This document shows positions 30,037 through 40,032 of a stretch of DNA of 64,000 nt, in pieces. Position 1 is the stretch's first letter. The number at the start of each line of letters is the position of its first letter. The stretch is taken from NCBI GenBank assembly GCA_050184225.1, contig JBFXAN010000012.1, forward strand, positions 1 to 64,000. The letters are read 5' to 3'. Source of the stretch: Dehalococcoidia bacterium. GTDB lineage: Bacteria; Chloroflexota; Dehalococcoidia; CAUJGQ01. Below the pieces are notes generated by a model. That model was given only the letters and a program-made list of their open reading frames with translations, was not told the DNA's origin and did not search any database. The position numbers and the translations under genes are program-made.

Positions 30037-31642
30037 CAGCATACACCCGTCGTCCATCGACCCACGTCTCATCGATCACAATATCCCGTACCCGCTGGAC
30101 CGGCACGATAGTCGGATCCTCGGCCAGCAGCACGAAGTTGGCCAGTTTGCCTGGTGTGATCGATCCCTCCTCGTCGTCGGTGCCGCCCGCCCAGGCGCTG
30201 TCGAGCGTGTACATCCGGATCGCATCGAGCACGCTGACAGCCTGTTCCGGCGACAGTGCCTGCCTGCCGATCGTGCGGCGTTCGGCGGCGGCGGCGATCC
30301 CCCAGAGCGGCGGCAGGGCGAAGCACGGCGCATCCGAACTGCCGCCGACCGGCACGCCCGCCGCGTGAAGTTGCGCCACCGGCCAGTTGAGAAACTGCTT
30401 CGGCCGGGTGTGATAGGCCGGCCGGTCGCCGTACTGCCAGATACCAACCGGCTGCGTCACAACGCCAACCTCCAGCGCCCGCACCTGTTCAATCTCGGCG
30501 TCGGTCGCCCAGAAGAAGTGATCGATGCGGAAGCGCGAGCGACTGGTGGGTGCGGCTGCGCGGGCGTGCGTCAACCCGGCGAGCGCCGCCGCGATCGCGC
30601 GGTTGCCGATCGCGTGAATGGCGACGGTCAGGTGCCGGCGGGCGGCCTGCTCGACTAATTCGTTGAGTCGTGCCTGCTCATAGAAGAGGATGCCCTCATC
30701 GACGCCGTCATCGTGGCCGCCGTGGCCCGGCAGCCGCGTGGCGGCGGTGACGCCGGCGCCGTCGGCGAAGAGCTTGATGCCGCCCCGCCGGATCCTGGGC
30801 GGCCGATCGGCATCGAAGTCGCCTCCATCCAGCCAGGCGGCAGGCGAGTCAAAGAGGCCACGATCGGAACCGCGCAGCGGTGTGTAATACAGCGGTAGAC
30901 GCCCGCTCGCGGCGGCGCGGCGCATCAGATCGAGAAACATCGGTGGCACCCAGGCATCCTGGAGCGCCGTGATGCCGAGCGCGAGATGGCGGCGACCGTT
31001 TGCCTCGACCAGATCGAGGAGTTGCGGCTCGTGTCGCTCGATCAGAGCCGCCATCGAGTGACGCTGCGGTCCGTTCGTTGCTGCTTCAGCCAGCAGGCCG
31101 ATCGGCTCGCCGGTTGGGTCACAGTCGATCGTGCCGTACGGCCGGTAGGTATGGCTCTTGACGATGCCGATCAACTCCAGCGCGCGGCTGTTCGCCACGA
31201 CACGGTGATAGGAGGAGTGGACGGCGACGACGGGGTGCTCCGGCGCCGCTTCGTCGAGTTCCCAACGAGTCGGGTGGCGGCGTTCGGTGAGCCGGTCATC
31301 GGCATAGCCGACCGCGCGGATCCAGCCGCCCGCCGGCGTCGCGTGCGCCGCCTCGGCGATCCGGGCCTGGAGCGCAGGGATATCGGCGACGGCGTCGGGA
31401 CTGATATCGACGGCGACCGGGTTGAGCGTCGTTGGACCGAAGTGATTGTGCGCGTCGACGAAGCCGGGGATCAGGCAGCGGCCGCCGAGGTCGATCACCT
31501 CTGTCTCCCGCTCCCGCGCCTGGAGGAGCGATGCGGACTCGCCGACCGCCGCGATCCGGCCGTCTTTGATTGCCACCGCGCTCGCCCGCGGTCGGGTCGG
31601 ATCGATGGTGTGGATCGTGACGTTGGTCAGGAGGGTGTGCAT
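29969..31642 (-). CDS. Amidohydrolase 3 family (YtcJ-like)
   Basis: PGFVDAHNH, KLFADG, HAIGNRA, RIDH, GSSDAP and GSITPGKLANFV motifs. Confidence 0.92.
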   Translation of the reverse strand: MHTLLTNVTIHTIDPTRPRASAVAIKDGRIAAVGESASLLQARERETEVIDLGGRCLIPGFVDAHNHFGPTTLNPVAVDISPDAVADIPALQARIAEAAHATPAGGWIRAVGYADDRLTERRHPTRWELDEAAPEHPVVAVHSSYHRVVANSRALELIGIVKSHTYRPYGTIDCDPTGEPIGLLAEAATNGPQRHSMAALIERHEPQLLDLVEANGRRHLALGITALQDAWVPPMFLDLMRRAAASGRLPLYYTPLRGSDRGLFDSPAAWLDGGDFDADRPPRIRRGGIKLFADGAGVTAATRLPGHGGHDDGVDEGILFYEQARLNELVEQAARRHLTVAIHAIGNRAIAAALAGLTHARAAAPTSRSRFRIDHFFWATDAEIEQVRALEVGVVTQPVGIWQYGDRPAYHTRPKQFLNWPVAQLHAAGVPVGGSSDAPCFALPPLWGIAAAAERRTIGRQALSPEQAVSVLDAIRMYTLDSAWAGGTDDEEGSITPGKLANFVLLAEDPTIVPVQRVRDIVIDETWVDGRRVYAGPHPPAPSPAGAGEGEILAHPG

Positions 31643-31909
31643 CAGACTCTCCTACCTCCGGAACGGATCGACTCCCCTGGACAGAACAGGCCCATGGTAG
31701 ACAGGTTGCGTGGCAAACGCGAACTCAGGGGAAAACCGCACCGCGGCGAGGCCGGCACGCCATTCTTGACCGAACCAATCGACTTACATAGCATATGGAC
31801 GTCACGTCAATTGCGCGCTTCTCTTTTTATGTCTGGCAGATATGTAGATGACGGTATGCGGCGGGCGTCGGAGCATGTCCTCGACTGCCGGTTTCCTTGA
31901 GGTCATGCT

Positions 31910-33139
31910 GTGCCCGAACCCAACTTATCAGAACACCAACGCGATCGACCGACGCTCGCACCTCAGCTCGCGCCCCGCGCGTTGGCAGGGCTTCGTGTGA
32001 TCGACGCCGGCCAGGTCCTCGCCGGTCCGTTTGGGCCGACGTTGCTCGCCGACTTCGGCGCCGAGGTGATCAAGATCGAACTGCCCGGCGAGACGATCCG
32101 GCCGGAGCAACGCTTGAACCGCGCCGTCGAGTCGCGCAGCAAGAAATCAATCACGCTCGACCTGCGACATCCGGCCGGCCGCGAGTTGTTTCTCAAGCTG
32201 GTCGCCGTCTCCGACGCGATCGTCGAGAACTATACGCCGGGCACCTTTGAGAAGTGGGGATTTGACTACGAGACGCTGTCGTCCGTCAATCCCGGCATCA
32301 TCCTCGTGCGCGTCTCCGGCTATGGGCAGACCGGGCCATATTCGCAACGACGCGGGTACGATCGGATCGGCCAGGCATTCGGCGGTCTGTTGCACGTGAC
32401 CGGTGAACCGGACCGCCCACCAGCGCACCCCGGTTTCATGCTGGCCGACTATCTCACGGGGATGTTCAACGCCTTCGGCCTGCTGATCGCCGTGTACAAC
32501 CGCGACATCGCCGGCAGCGGGCGCGGCCAGGTGGTCGATGCCTCGCTCTACGAATCGATCTTTCGGATGAGCAGTACGCTCGCCGGCGAATATGCGCTCA
32601 GCGGGACCGTGCGTGAACGAGCGGGAACGTTCCGGCCGTGGTCGGTGCCCGCCAATCAGTATCGGACGGCGGACGGCCGCTGGCTGTTGATCATCGCGTC
32701 GAGCGACCGGCTAATGGAGCGGTTGCTGGAAACGATCGGACGGGCGGATCTGATCGACGATCCGCGCTTTGCGCGGTTTGAGCGGGCAAAGCACGCCGAG
32801 GCGCTCGACGAGGTGATCGCCGCCTGGGTGGAGACGAAGACGCTGGCCGAGGCGATGGAGACTCTCGAAGCAGCGCAGGTGCCCTTTGGCCCAGTGAACA
32901 CGATCGCCGATATCTTCGCCGATGAACACATCTGGGCACGCGGCAACATCGCCGCCGTTCCCGACCCCGTGCATGAGACGGTCTATGTCCCCAGTGTCAC
33001 CCCACAGCTATCGACGACGCCGGGCGCGATCTATGGACCGCCGCCGGAGCCGGGCGAGCACAACCGCGAGATCTACCAGGGTCTGCTCCGCCTCTCGGAT
33101 GAGGAGATGGAGCAGCTTCGCGCCGATCGCACCATCTAA
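31910..33139 (+). CDS. Family III CoA-transferase (CaiB/BaiF)
   Basis: LAGPFG..LLADFGAEVIKIE, KKSITLDL, ENYTPG, GYGQTGP and LADY motifs. Confidence 0.93.
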   Translation: MPEPNLSEHQRDRPTLAPQLAPRALAGLRVIDAGQVLAGPFGPTLLADFGAEVIKIELPGETIRPEQRLNRAVESRSKKSITLDLRHPAGRELFLKLVAVSDAIVENYTPGTFEKWGFDYETLSSVNPGIILVRVSGYGQTGPYSQRRGYDRIGQAFGGLLHVTGEPDRPPAHPGFMLADYLTGMFNAFGLLIAVYNRDIAGSGRGQVVDASLYESIFRMSSTLAGEYALSGTVRERAGTFRPWSVPANQYRTADGRWLLIIASSDRLMERLLETIGRADLIDDPRFARFERAKHAEALDEVIAAWVETKTLAEAMETLEAAQVPFGPVNTIADIFADEHIWARGNIAAVPDPVHETVYVPSVTPQLSTTPGAIYGPPPEPGEHNREIYQGLLRLSDEEMEQLRADRTI

Positions 33140-33157
33140 TCACACGGAGTACGAACG

Positions 33158-33946
33158 ATGTCGTTCCCGACCGTCGACTATGAGCGACGTGGCCATGTGG
33201 CGTGGGTCACGATGAACCGTCCGGAAGCGCTCAACGCGATGAACGATGAGCTGAAACGCGACCTGAAGCTGGCGTGGGAAGAGGTGCGCCAGGATCGGGA
33301 CGTGTGGGCCGTGATCCTGACCGGGGCCGGCGGTCGCGGGTTCTGTGCGGGGGCCGACCTGCGCTCCTCGCGTGCGGGCGAGCCGCCGGTTGACGACCCG
33401 TACTGGTTGATGCAGACGACGGACTCGCTCGAGAGCGGCCTCGAAGTATGGAAGCCGATCATCGCTGCCGTGAACGGCCACGCAATCGGCATCGGCCTGA
33501 CCCTGGCGATGGCGAGCGATTTCCGGATCGCCTCGGAGAACGCGACGTTCGGATTCCCGGAGGTGCGGCTCGGCATGCCGACCGTGATGGGGGCGATCCG
33601 CGCGCCGCAGGTGATCGGCATGTCCAACGCGCTCGACCTGTTGCTGACGGGCGAGCGGATCGACGCGGAGACGGCGCTGCGCTGGGGGCTGGTGCGCGAG
33701 CTCGTGCCGCTCGATCGGCTGTACGAGCGTGCCGAGGATCTGGCGGCGCGGCTGTGTCGCTCTGGTCCACGGGCGGTGCAGGCGACCAAGGAGATCGCGG
33801 TGCGCGGCCAGGGCCTGCCGTTCGGCGATGCCTTCCGCCTCGGCGAGGCGATCCGGCGGCTGGCGCGGGATGCCGCAAAGAACGACATCCAGGAAGGGTT
33901 GGCGGCCTACCGCGAGCGGCGCGAACCCCAGTTTCACAACCACTAG
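33158..33946 (+). CDS. Enoyl-CoA hydratase/isomerase family protein
   Basis: NRPEALNA, FCAGADL, KPIIAAVNGHAIG and PEVRLG motifs. Confidence 0.92.
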   Translation: MSFPTVDYERRGHVAWVTMNRPEALNAMNDELKRDLKLAWEEVRQDRDVWAVILTGAGGRGFCAGADLRSSRAGEPPVDDPYWLMQTTDSLESGLEVWKPIIAAVNGHAIGIGLTLAMASDFRIASENATFGFPEVRLGMPTVMGAIRAPQVIGMSNALDLLLTGERIDAETALRWGLVRELVPLDRLYERAEDLAARLCRSGPRAVQATKEIAVRGQGLPFGDAFRLGEAIRRLARDAAKNDIQEGLAAYRERREPQFHNH

Positions 33947-33996
33947 GCTGCCACGCGCACGGCGGGCAGACCGACCGGTGGGGAGAGGGCAATCCA

Positions 33997-35670
33997 ATGA
34001 CCAACGACCATATGGGCTTTCCGAAGACGGTGACACGACGCCGGCTGCTTGCCGCCAGCGCGATCGGCGGCGGGGCGGCACTGGCGTTCCTGGCGGCATG
34101 CAGCGGCAAGGCCGATGAGGCCGGCTCCGACGCGGGTGCCGACGTCGCCAACACCCTGACGCAGTCCACCGCGGAACCGAAGCGCGGCGGTTTGGTCCGC
34201 GCGAATATGGGCGCGCAGAACGTCTTTCTCGATCCGCACATGACCGCGCTGCCCGGCGTGTCGTGGCTGTGGGGCAACGTCAGCCACCACCTGGTGGAGG
34301 TCAACGCCAACCGCGAGATTACCGACGAGGGGCTGGCCGCATCCTGGGAGACGCCGGACGCGCTCACACTCACGTTCAAGCTGCACGACGGCATCGCCTT
34401 CCACGACGTGGCGCCTGCAAACGGCCGGGCGATGACGGTCGAGGACGTGATCTACAGCATCGAGCGAATTCGCACACCGGACCCGCAGTTCGCCCGCCGC
34501 AGCCTCTTCGAGGCGATCGACAAGATGGAGGCGACCGACCCGCGCACGCTGAAGGTGACACTGAAGCGGCCCTATGTGCCGCAGATGTTCTACTTCGGTT
34601 CGGGCTGGGCGTTCATCGTCAACCGGGAGACGGTGGAAAAGTACGGCGACCTCAAGGGACCGGAGGGCGCGATCGGCGTCGGGCCGTTCATTCTCGAACC
34701 CGGCTATACGAAGGAGCAGGGCGGCAAGCTGCGGCGCAACCCGAACTACTTCCGCGCGGGCCTGCCGTATCTCGATAACGTTGACCTGATGGTGTTCCAG
34801 GACGCGCAGACGGCGCAGTCGGCTTTCACGGCGGGGCAACTCGAGATCATGGGCATCAACGCGGACGCCCGCAGGATCGTGTCGGGCGCGGTGCGTGGCG
34901 CCCAGTTCGCGCCGGTTTCGCACGGCGGCCGACGGTACTCGGTCGAACTCAACGTGAAGCGGCCGCCGTTCGACGACGCTCGTTTCCGCAAGGCGGTACA
35001 TCTCGCGCTCAACCGGCAGGAGATCGTCTCGCTCGGCTGGGGCGATGAAGGCGACCTCCTTGGTGGCATTCCGCCGAGCATGGGCGATTTTGCGATTCCG
35101 GCAGCGGAGCTGGAGCAGATGCCCGGCTATCGCGCGAACAAAGACGAGGACCTGGCCGAGGCGAAGAAGCTGCTGGCGGCGGCCGGTCTGGAGAACGTCG
35201 AGGTGGAATGGTTTGACACCGAGTTGGCGATTCCTTCCGGCCAGATCGTACCGCCCCAACTTCAGAAGATCGGCATCCGCTCCAAGGTGAACCGAGTCGA
35301 ATACGGCGCGTACAAGACGGCGGAGAACAACCGTGAGTACGGCGCCTTCTTCGGCGGCTATACCGTCGATGCCGAGCCGGACGCGGTCCTGCGGGTGTAC
35401 AGCTACTCGACCGGAAGCCGGAACTACAACGAGAACGCCGACCCACGGATCGACCAGATGATCGACGCGCAGGTAAGTGAAGTGGACACGAAGCGACGGG
35501 CGCAACTCGTGCAAGAACTTCAGCGGTACATGATCGAAACGAACGCCGAGCACCTGCTCGCGAACGGCCGCACGTTCAAGGCGCTGCAGGCGCAGGTGCG
35601 TGGCTTCTTGGTTCCGCCCTGGAGTGACAGTGACCGCCAGGATCTGACCCGGACCTGGCTGGACACATAG
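33997..35670 (+). CDS. ABC transporter substrate-binding lipoprotein, family 5 (Tat signal)
   Basis: TRRRLLAA...LAAC; LAASWE, GVGPF, RNPNYF..GLPYLD and PFDDARFRKA motifs. Confidence 0.92.
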   Translation: MTNDHMGFPKTVTRRRLLAASAIGGGAALAFLAACSGKADEAGSDAGADVANTLTQSTAEPKRGGLVRANMGAQNVFLDPHMTALPGVSWLWGNVSHHLVEVNANREITDEGLAASWETPDALTLTFKLHDGIAFHDVAPANGRAMTVEDVIYSIERIRTPDPQFARRSLFEAIDKMEATDPRTLKVTLKRPYVPQMFYFGSGWAFIVNRETVEKYGDLKGPEGAIGVGPFILEPGYTKEQGGKLRRNPNYFRAGLPYLDNVDLMVFQDAQTAQSAFTAGQLEIMGINADARRIVSGAVRGAQFAPVSHGGRRYSVELNVKRPPFDDARFRKAVHLALNRQEIVSLGWGDEGDLLGGIPPSMGDFAIPAAELEQMPGYRANKDEDLAEAKKLLAAAGLENVEVEWFDTELAIPSGQIVPPQLQKIGIRSKVNRVEYGAYKTAENNREYGAFFGGYTVDAEPDAVLRVYSYSTGSRNYNENADPRIDQMIDAQVSEVDTKRRAQLVQELQRYMIETNAEHLLANGRTFKALQAQVRGFLVPPWSDSDRQDLTRTWLDT

Positions 35671-35689
35671 GCGCCAGCATTGCCTGGTC

Positions 35690-35733
35690 CCCCTTGGGAT
35701 GGCCGGCGGATTGATGTCGGTGATCCCAAGGGG
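35690..35733 (+). other. Intercistronic stem-loop after the SBP gene
   Basis: CCCCTTGGGAT...ATCCCAAGGGG 11-bp stem; typical position for an mRNA-stabilising or partial-terminator hairpin. Confidence 0.6.
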
Positions 35734-35768
35734 AGCGTCAGGTTGTCGCCCAATCAGGACGTGGTACG

Positions 35769-36719
35769 GTGCAGCGATATATCGCCCAGCGCATTCTGCT
35801 CGTTATTCCAACCCTGGTGATCCTGACCACGGCCGTGTTCGCACTGGTGCGGCTGGTCCCCGGCGACCCGGTTGCGATCCTCCTATCGGAGCAGGCGTTC
35901 TCCACGCAATGGGACCATGAGCAACTGCGGCACGAGCTCGGCCTGGACCAGCCGATCGCGCGACAGTACATCGACTGGGTGAGCGGCCTGGCGCGGGGCG
36001 ACTTCGGTGTCTCGTTATACTCCGGCGAGGCACTGGGGCCGACACTCGTGGAGCGGTTCAAGGTCAGCGCCGAGATCGCGGCGCTGGCGATGTTGGCTTC
36101 AGTGCTGATCTCGACGCCGGTCGGCGTGATCGCGGCCGTCCGCGCGAATACGCCGGTGGACTATCTCGCCCGCGGCATCTCGATCCTCGGCCTCTCCATT
36201 CCCAGTTTCTTCATGGGTACGGCGCTGCTGGTCTACGGGTCGATCTGGTTCAACTGGATACCGTCGGTTCGGTTGATCCCGTTCACCGACGATCCCCTCG
36301 GCAACCTGGCACAGTTTGCCCTGCCCGCGCTGATCATCGGCATCCACCTTGCGGCGGTGCAAATGCGCATGACGCGCGCCGTCCTCCTGGAAGTGCTCCG
36401 CCAGGACTATGTCCGCACGGCGAGGGCGAAGGGGTTGGCTGGCCGGTCGGTGATCGTCCGGCACGCGCTTCGCAATAGCCTGCTGCCCGTGATCACGATC
36501 ACAGGGCTCCAGTTTGGGGCATTGCTCGGTGGAACGGTGATCTCTGAGACATTGTTCAATCTGCCGGGCCTGGGCCTGCTCATGGTGGAAGCAGTCCGCC
36601 AGCGGGACTATCCGGTGATCCAGAGCGTCAACATCGCCTTCGCGCTGATCGTGATCGTCACCAATCTCGCGGTTGACTTGAGCTACGGCTTCATCGATCC
36701 GCGCATTCGGTATCGGTAG
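35769..36719 (+). CDS. Peptide/nickel ABC permease (DppB-like)
   Basis: LVPGDP, GDFG.S and QDYVRTARAKGL...RHALRN motifs. Confidence 0.93.
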   Translation: MQRYIAQRILLVIPTLVILTTAVFALVRLVPGDPVAILLSEQAFSTQWDHEQLRHELGLDQPIARQYIDWVSGLARGDFGVSLYSGEALGPTLVERFKVSAEIAALAMLASVLISTPVGVIAAVRANTPVDYLARGISILGLSIPSFFMGTALLVYGSIWFNWIPSVRLIPFTDDPLGNLAQFALPALIIGIHLAAVQMRMTRAVLLEVLRQDYVRTARAKGLAGRSVIVRHALRNSLLPVITITGLQFGALLGGTVISETLFNLPGLGLLMVEAVRQRDYPVIQSVNIAFALIVIVTNLAVDLSYGFIDPRIRYR

Positions 36720-36733
36720 AGAGAGACGGTTCT

Positions 36734-37630
36734 ATGACCCAGCCGACCGACGTGGTACCGGTGATCGCGGAGTCGCGCCGAGGGCGCTCGCCCCGGGCGA
36801 AGCTGCTGCGCCTGGCGCGGGAGACACCGCTTGGCGCGGCGGCGGCGGTAATCGTGGCCGCGCTGTTTGTCGTCGCCGCGATCGGACCGCTGGTCACGCC
36901 GTACGACCCGAACCAGAATTCGGCCGGCAAGCGGCTCAGCCCTCCCAGCAGCCAGCATCTCGCGGGAACGGACAACCTTGGCCGGGATGTGTTCAGCCGG
37001 ACGATCGCGGGCGCGCGGATCTCGGTGGTCGTTGGATTCGGTGCGGTGGCGATCGGCATGATTGCGGCCAGCTTGATCGGCGTGCTGAGCGGTTATTTTG
37101 GTGGCGCTGTCGATACGGTGATCCAGCGGTTCGTCGATGCCTATATGGCGTTCCCAAACCTGCTACTCCTGATGACCGTCGTCGCCGTCCTCGGACCCGG
37201 CATACCACAATTGATCGTCGCGCTGGGCATGTCATCGGCGCTGGGAAGCTCGCGCGTGCTGCGATCGGCGACGCTGGCCCTCAAAGAGAACCAGCACATC
37301 GAAGCGGCCCGCGCGATCGGCGCCGGTCACACGCGGATCATCGCCCGCCACATCCTGCCGAATATCTTCGCGCCGCTGATGATTCTGGCCACTGGCGGGC
37401 TCGGCACCGCGATTCTGGCAGAGGCGTCGCTCAGCTTTCTTGGCTTCGGCGTGCCGCCGCCGGATGCATCCTGGGGCAACATGATGACCGGCTACGGCCG
37501 ATCGGTGCTCTACCTGGCGCCGTGGATGATGCTGGCGCCCGGCATCGCGCTGAGCCTCACCGTCTTCGGCTTCAACATCCTCGGTGACTCACTGCGCGAC
37601 CTGCTCGACCCGCGCCTGCGCGGCCGCTAG
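36734..37630 (+). CDS. Peptide/nickel ABC permease (DppC-like)
   Basis: GTDNLGRDVFSR, EAARAIGA..RII.RHILPN and EASLSFLG motifs. Confidence 0.93.
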   Translation: MTQPTDVVPVIAESRRGRSPRAKLLRLARETPLGAAAAVIVAALFVVAAIGPLVTPYDPNQNSAGKRLSPPSSQHLAGTDNLGRDVFSRTIAGARISVVVGFGAVAIGMIAASLIGVLSGYFGGAVDTVIQRFVDAYMAFPNLLLLMTVVAVLGPGIPQLIVALGMSSALGSSRVLRSATLALKENQHIEAARAIGAGHTRIIARHILPNIFAPLMILATGGLGTAILAEASLSFLGFGVPPPDASWGNMMTGYGRSVLYLAPWMMLAPGIALSLTVFGFNILGDSLRDLLDPRLRGR

Positions 37631-37704
37631 CCACCGGGAGCAATCCATGGCTATGTTCGCTTCCGCGCGATGATCGCGGTTGCGCCGGGTGGGATGGCGG
37701 CCCA

Positions 37705-38186
37705 GCGGTGAAGTCGAACGTATCGGCAAGCCAGAGGCCGCGGGTCCGGACGCCCACATCGTATGCGTGATACAGAACGGCCCGCTCCTCCGGCGGCAGG
37801 CCGGCGTAATCGTGATCTTCCAGGGCACGTCCCGCCCGGATCGAGGCGGCGATCGCGGCCATTGCTTCCCAGAGTTCGGTCCAGAACCCGGTAGAGTTGA
37901 CGAACGAACCGGGTTGGCCGCGCACGAGGTAGCGATCGGCCTCCGGGGTATTGGCGAAGCAATCATCGGTGACGCTGATCAGGCCGATCCTGACCAGGTA
38001 GTAGAGCAGCCCACCGAGACGGCGCGGCTCGCACCCGATCTCGGCAGCGAGTTGATCGAGCGTGCGCGGGGCATCATGCAGCACGGTGAAGAGGTCGAGC
38101 TGCAGGCCGGCGAGGAGCGCGTAGCCCTCGGGGATGGCGCCGGTGATGGATTGAATCGTGGCCGGCTGGATTGGTTCTGCATTCAT
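37705..38186 (-). pseudogene. Truncated O-methyltransferase (dimerisation domain only)
   Basis: AGLQLDLFT...FANTPEADRYL...FDFTA, then similarity is lost before the expected LDVGGG SAM motif. The ORF runs on to 37572, overlapping the opposite-strand permease. AGGAGG RBS before ATG 38186. Confidence 0.72.
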
Positions 38187-38227
38187 TAGTCGCTCCTCCT
38201 GCTTGGCGATGTCGTTAACTATCGCCG

Positions 38228-39775
38228 CTACGGACCAGCGGCCGGAATGATCCACTCCGGCGGACCCATCTGGGCGATACATGCGGCATCGGGTCTGCGC
38301 GTCGGATTTGCGAGGAACTGCAGCATGATCGAATGCGCGCAGGCGAAGCCACCGGTGGTGACGTGACCGACTCCGGGGAACTCAAAGAAGGTACTCCGCA
38401 GGAGCGTCCGCGCCACCATCCGGCCATAGGCCGGCGGCGTGATCGGATCGTATTGGCCGGAGAGAATGAGGGTGGGGATGGCGCTGACGACGGGGAGCTT
38501 GACCGTCGGGAGGAGGCGGGCAGCGCCCCAGGTCGAGCAGACGCGGAAGAAGTCTTCCTGGGTGAAGATGTCGCCGATCTCCGGCCGTACCCGTTGCCGC
38601 GCCGCCGCGACCTGCGCCGGATGGGTCAGACTCCCCTCTTCGGCACACTGCACCGAGTAGTTCATGCCGTGACTCAGATCGTCGTCGAAGATCAACCGGC
38701 CGGCCGCGAGCGCCAGCAGGCTGGAACCTCTGGCGTGCAGGCTCGCCTCTGCCAGTGGCAGGATTGGGATCAGGTCGGTGTGATAGAGGGCGTCAAACAG
38801 GGTGCGTACCAAGCGATCACCGGTCAACACGATGTCGTGGACGACACCAGTGCGCGGATGCTGGGCCTGGTAGCGCAACGGCGTGGCGTTGAACTCGGCG
38901 ACAAGCTGGTAGAAGCGCGCTTCGAGGTTGGGAAAGGCGGCGGCACAGCGCGGAGATGCGGCACATTCATCGAAGAGGAGCCAGAAGGAGCGGGCGACGT
39001 TGCCGGGAATCTCCACCAACTGCTGCACCTGCGGCGCCAGCGGTGAGTCCAGGACGACGGCGCGGAGGGTCGAGGGATATGCCTGCATGACGGCCAGCGC
39101 CAGGCGGGCGCCGTAGGAGACGCCCCAGAGATCGACCTGCTGGTAGCCGAGTGCACGTCGAATGTCGTCGATGTCGGCGGCGCCGGCCGCGGTGGTGTAG
39201 GCGGCGAGGCTGACGCCGGCGCGGCGCAGCCGGTCATGACAGCGGTTTGCCGCCTGCACGCGAGCTTCGGATTCCTGGGCACGGCTGAGATGCTGACCGA
39301 GTTGCTGGTACTTGACGTCAATCAGTTCCTGGCAGGCGAGTGATGGCTGAGAGAAGCCGACTCCTCGCTGGTCGATCAGCACGAGGTCGCGGCGGGCTGT
39401 GAGGTCGGCGGCAAGCTGACCGGTGATCGAGGGAGCGAACCCTGAGAGGACGGCGGTGCCGGGGCCGCCGCCGAGGAAGAGCAGTGGCGGCGCGGCGCGG
39501 GAACTGTCCCGCGCTCTGAAGATGGCGACCGCGAGCCGGATAGTCGAACCCCGGTGCTGAGTGCGATCCTCGGGCACGAAGACCACGCCACACGTCACCG
39601 TCTGACCTTCGGTCTGGTCCGGCGCCGGCGTGAAGGGGCACGCCGTCCGTTCGAAGCGCGGCGGCGCTTGAAAGACGAACGGCACCGGCGCTTGGGCGGC
39701 GATCGTACGCCGGTCACAGAGCAGGGCCACGCCGATCACCAGGACACAGAACAGGGCCAGGCGCGGGCTGATCAT
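38228..39775 (-). CDS. Secreted alpha/beta hydrolase (TAP-like peptidase/esterase)
   Basis: Signal peptide; GGGPG, DQRGVG, GVSYG nucleophile elbow, GQYDPITPP and GVGH motifs. Confidence 0.9.
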   Translation of the reverse strand: MISPRLALFCVLVIGVALLCDRRTIAAQAPVPFVFQAPPRFERTACPFTPAPDQTEGQTVTCGVVFVPEDRTQHRGSTIRLAVAIFRARDSSRAAPPLLFLGGGPGTAVLSGFAPSITGQLAADLTARRDLVLIDQRGVGFSQPSLACQELIDVKYQQLGQHLSRAQESEARVQAANRCHDRLRRAGVSLAAYTTAAGAADIDDIRRALGYQQVDLWGVSYGARLALAVMQAYPSTLRAVVLDSPLAPQVQQLVEIPGNVARSFWLLFDECAASPRCAAAFPNLEARFYQLVAEFNATPLRYQAQHPRTGVVHDIVLTGDRLVRTLFDALYHTDLIPILPLAEASLHARGSSLLALAAGRLIFDDDLSHGMNYSVQCAEEGSLTHPAQVAAARQRVRPEIGDIFTQEDFFRVCSTWGAARLLPTVKLPVVSAIPTLILSGQYDPITPPAYGRMVARTLLRSTFFEFPGVGHVTTGGFACAHSIMLQFLANPTRRPDAACIAQMGPPEWIIPAAGP

Positions 39776-40032
39776 GGGCGATTGCCTCCTGTAGTAGGCC
39801 AGCCGGTCACCGTCGCGTCGCAGACTGAAGCGGAGCGGCTCAGGGTGGTGATGTGAGCTGCTTTGCCTGCTCGATCGCCCCGCCATACACCTCCAGCGGC
39901 ATGAACGGGATGAATTTCGGTTCGGTGCCGGTCCTCTGACCAGGCGCGGGGGAATGTGCCCGCGCCGAAGCCGAAGATGCGTCCCTGGTCGAAACGGATG
40001 GCGGTCTGCCGCCCGTTGCACGATTAGGCTGA

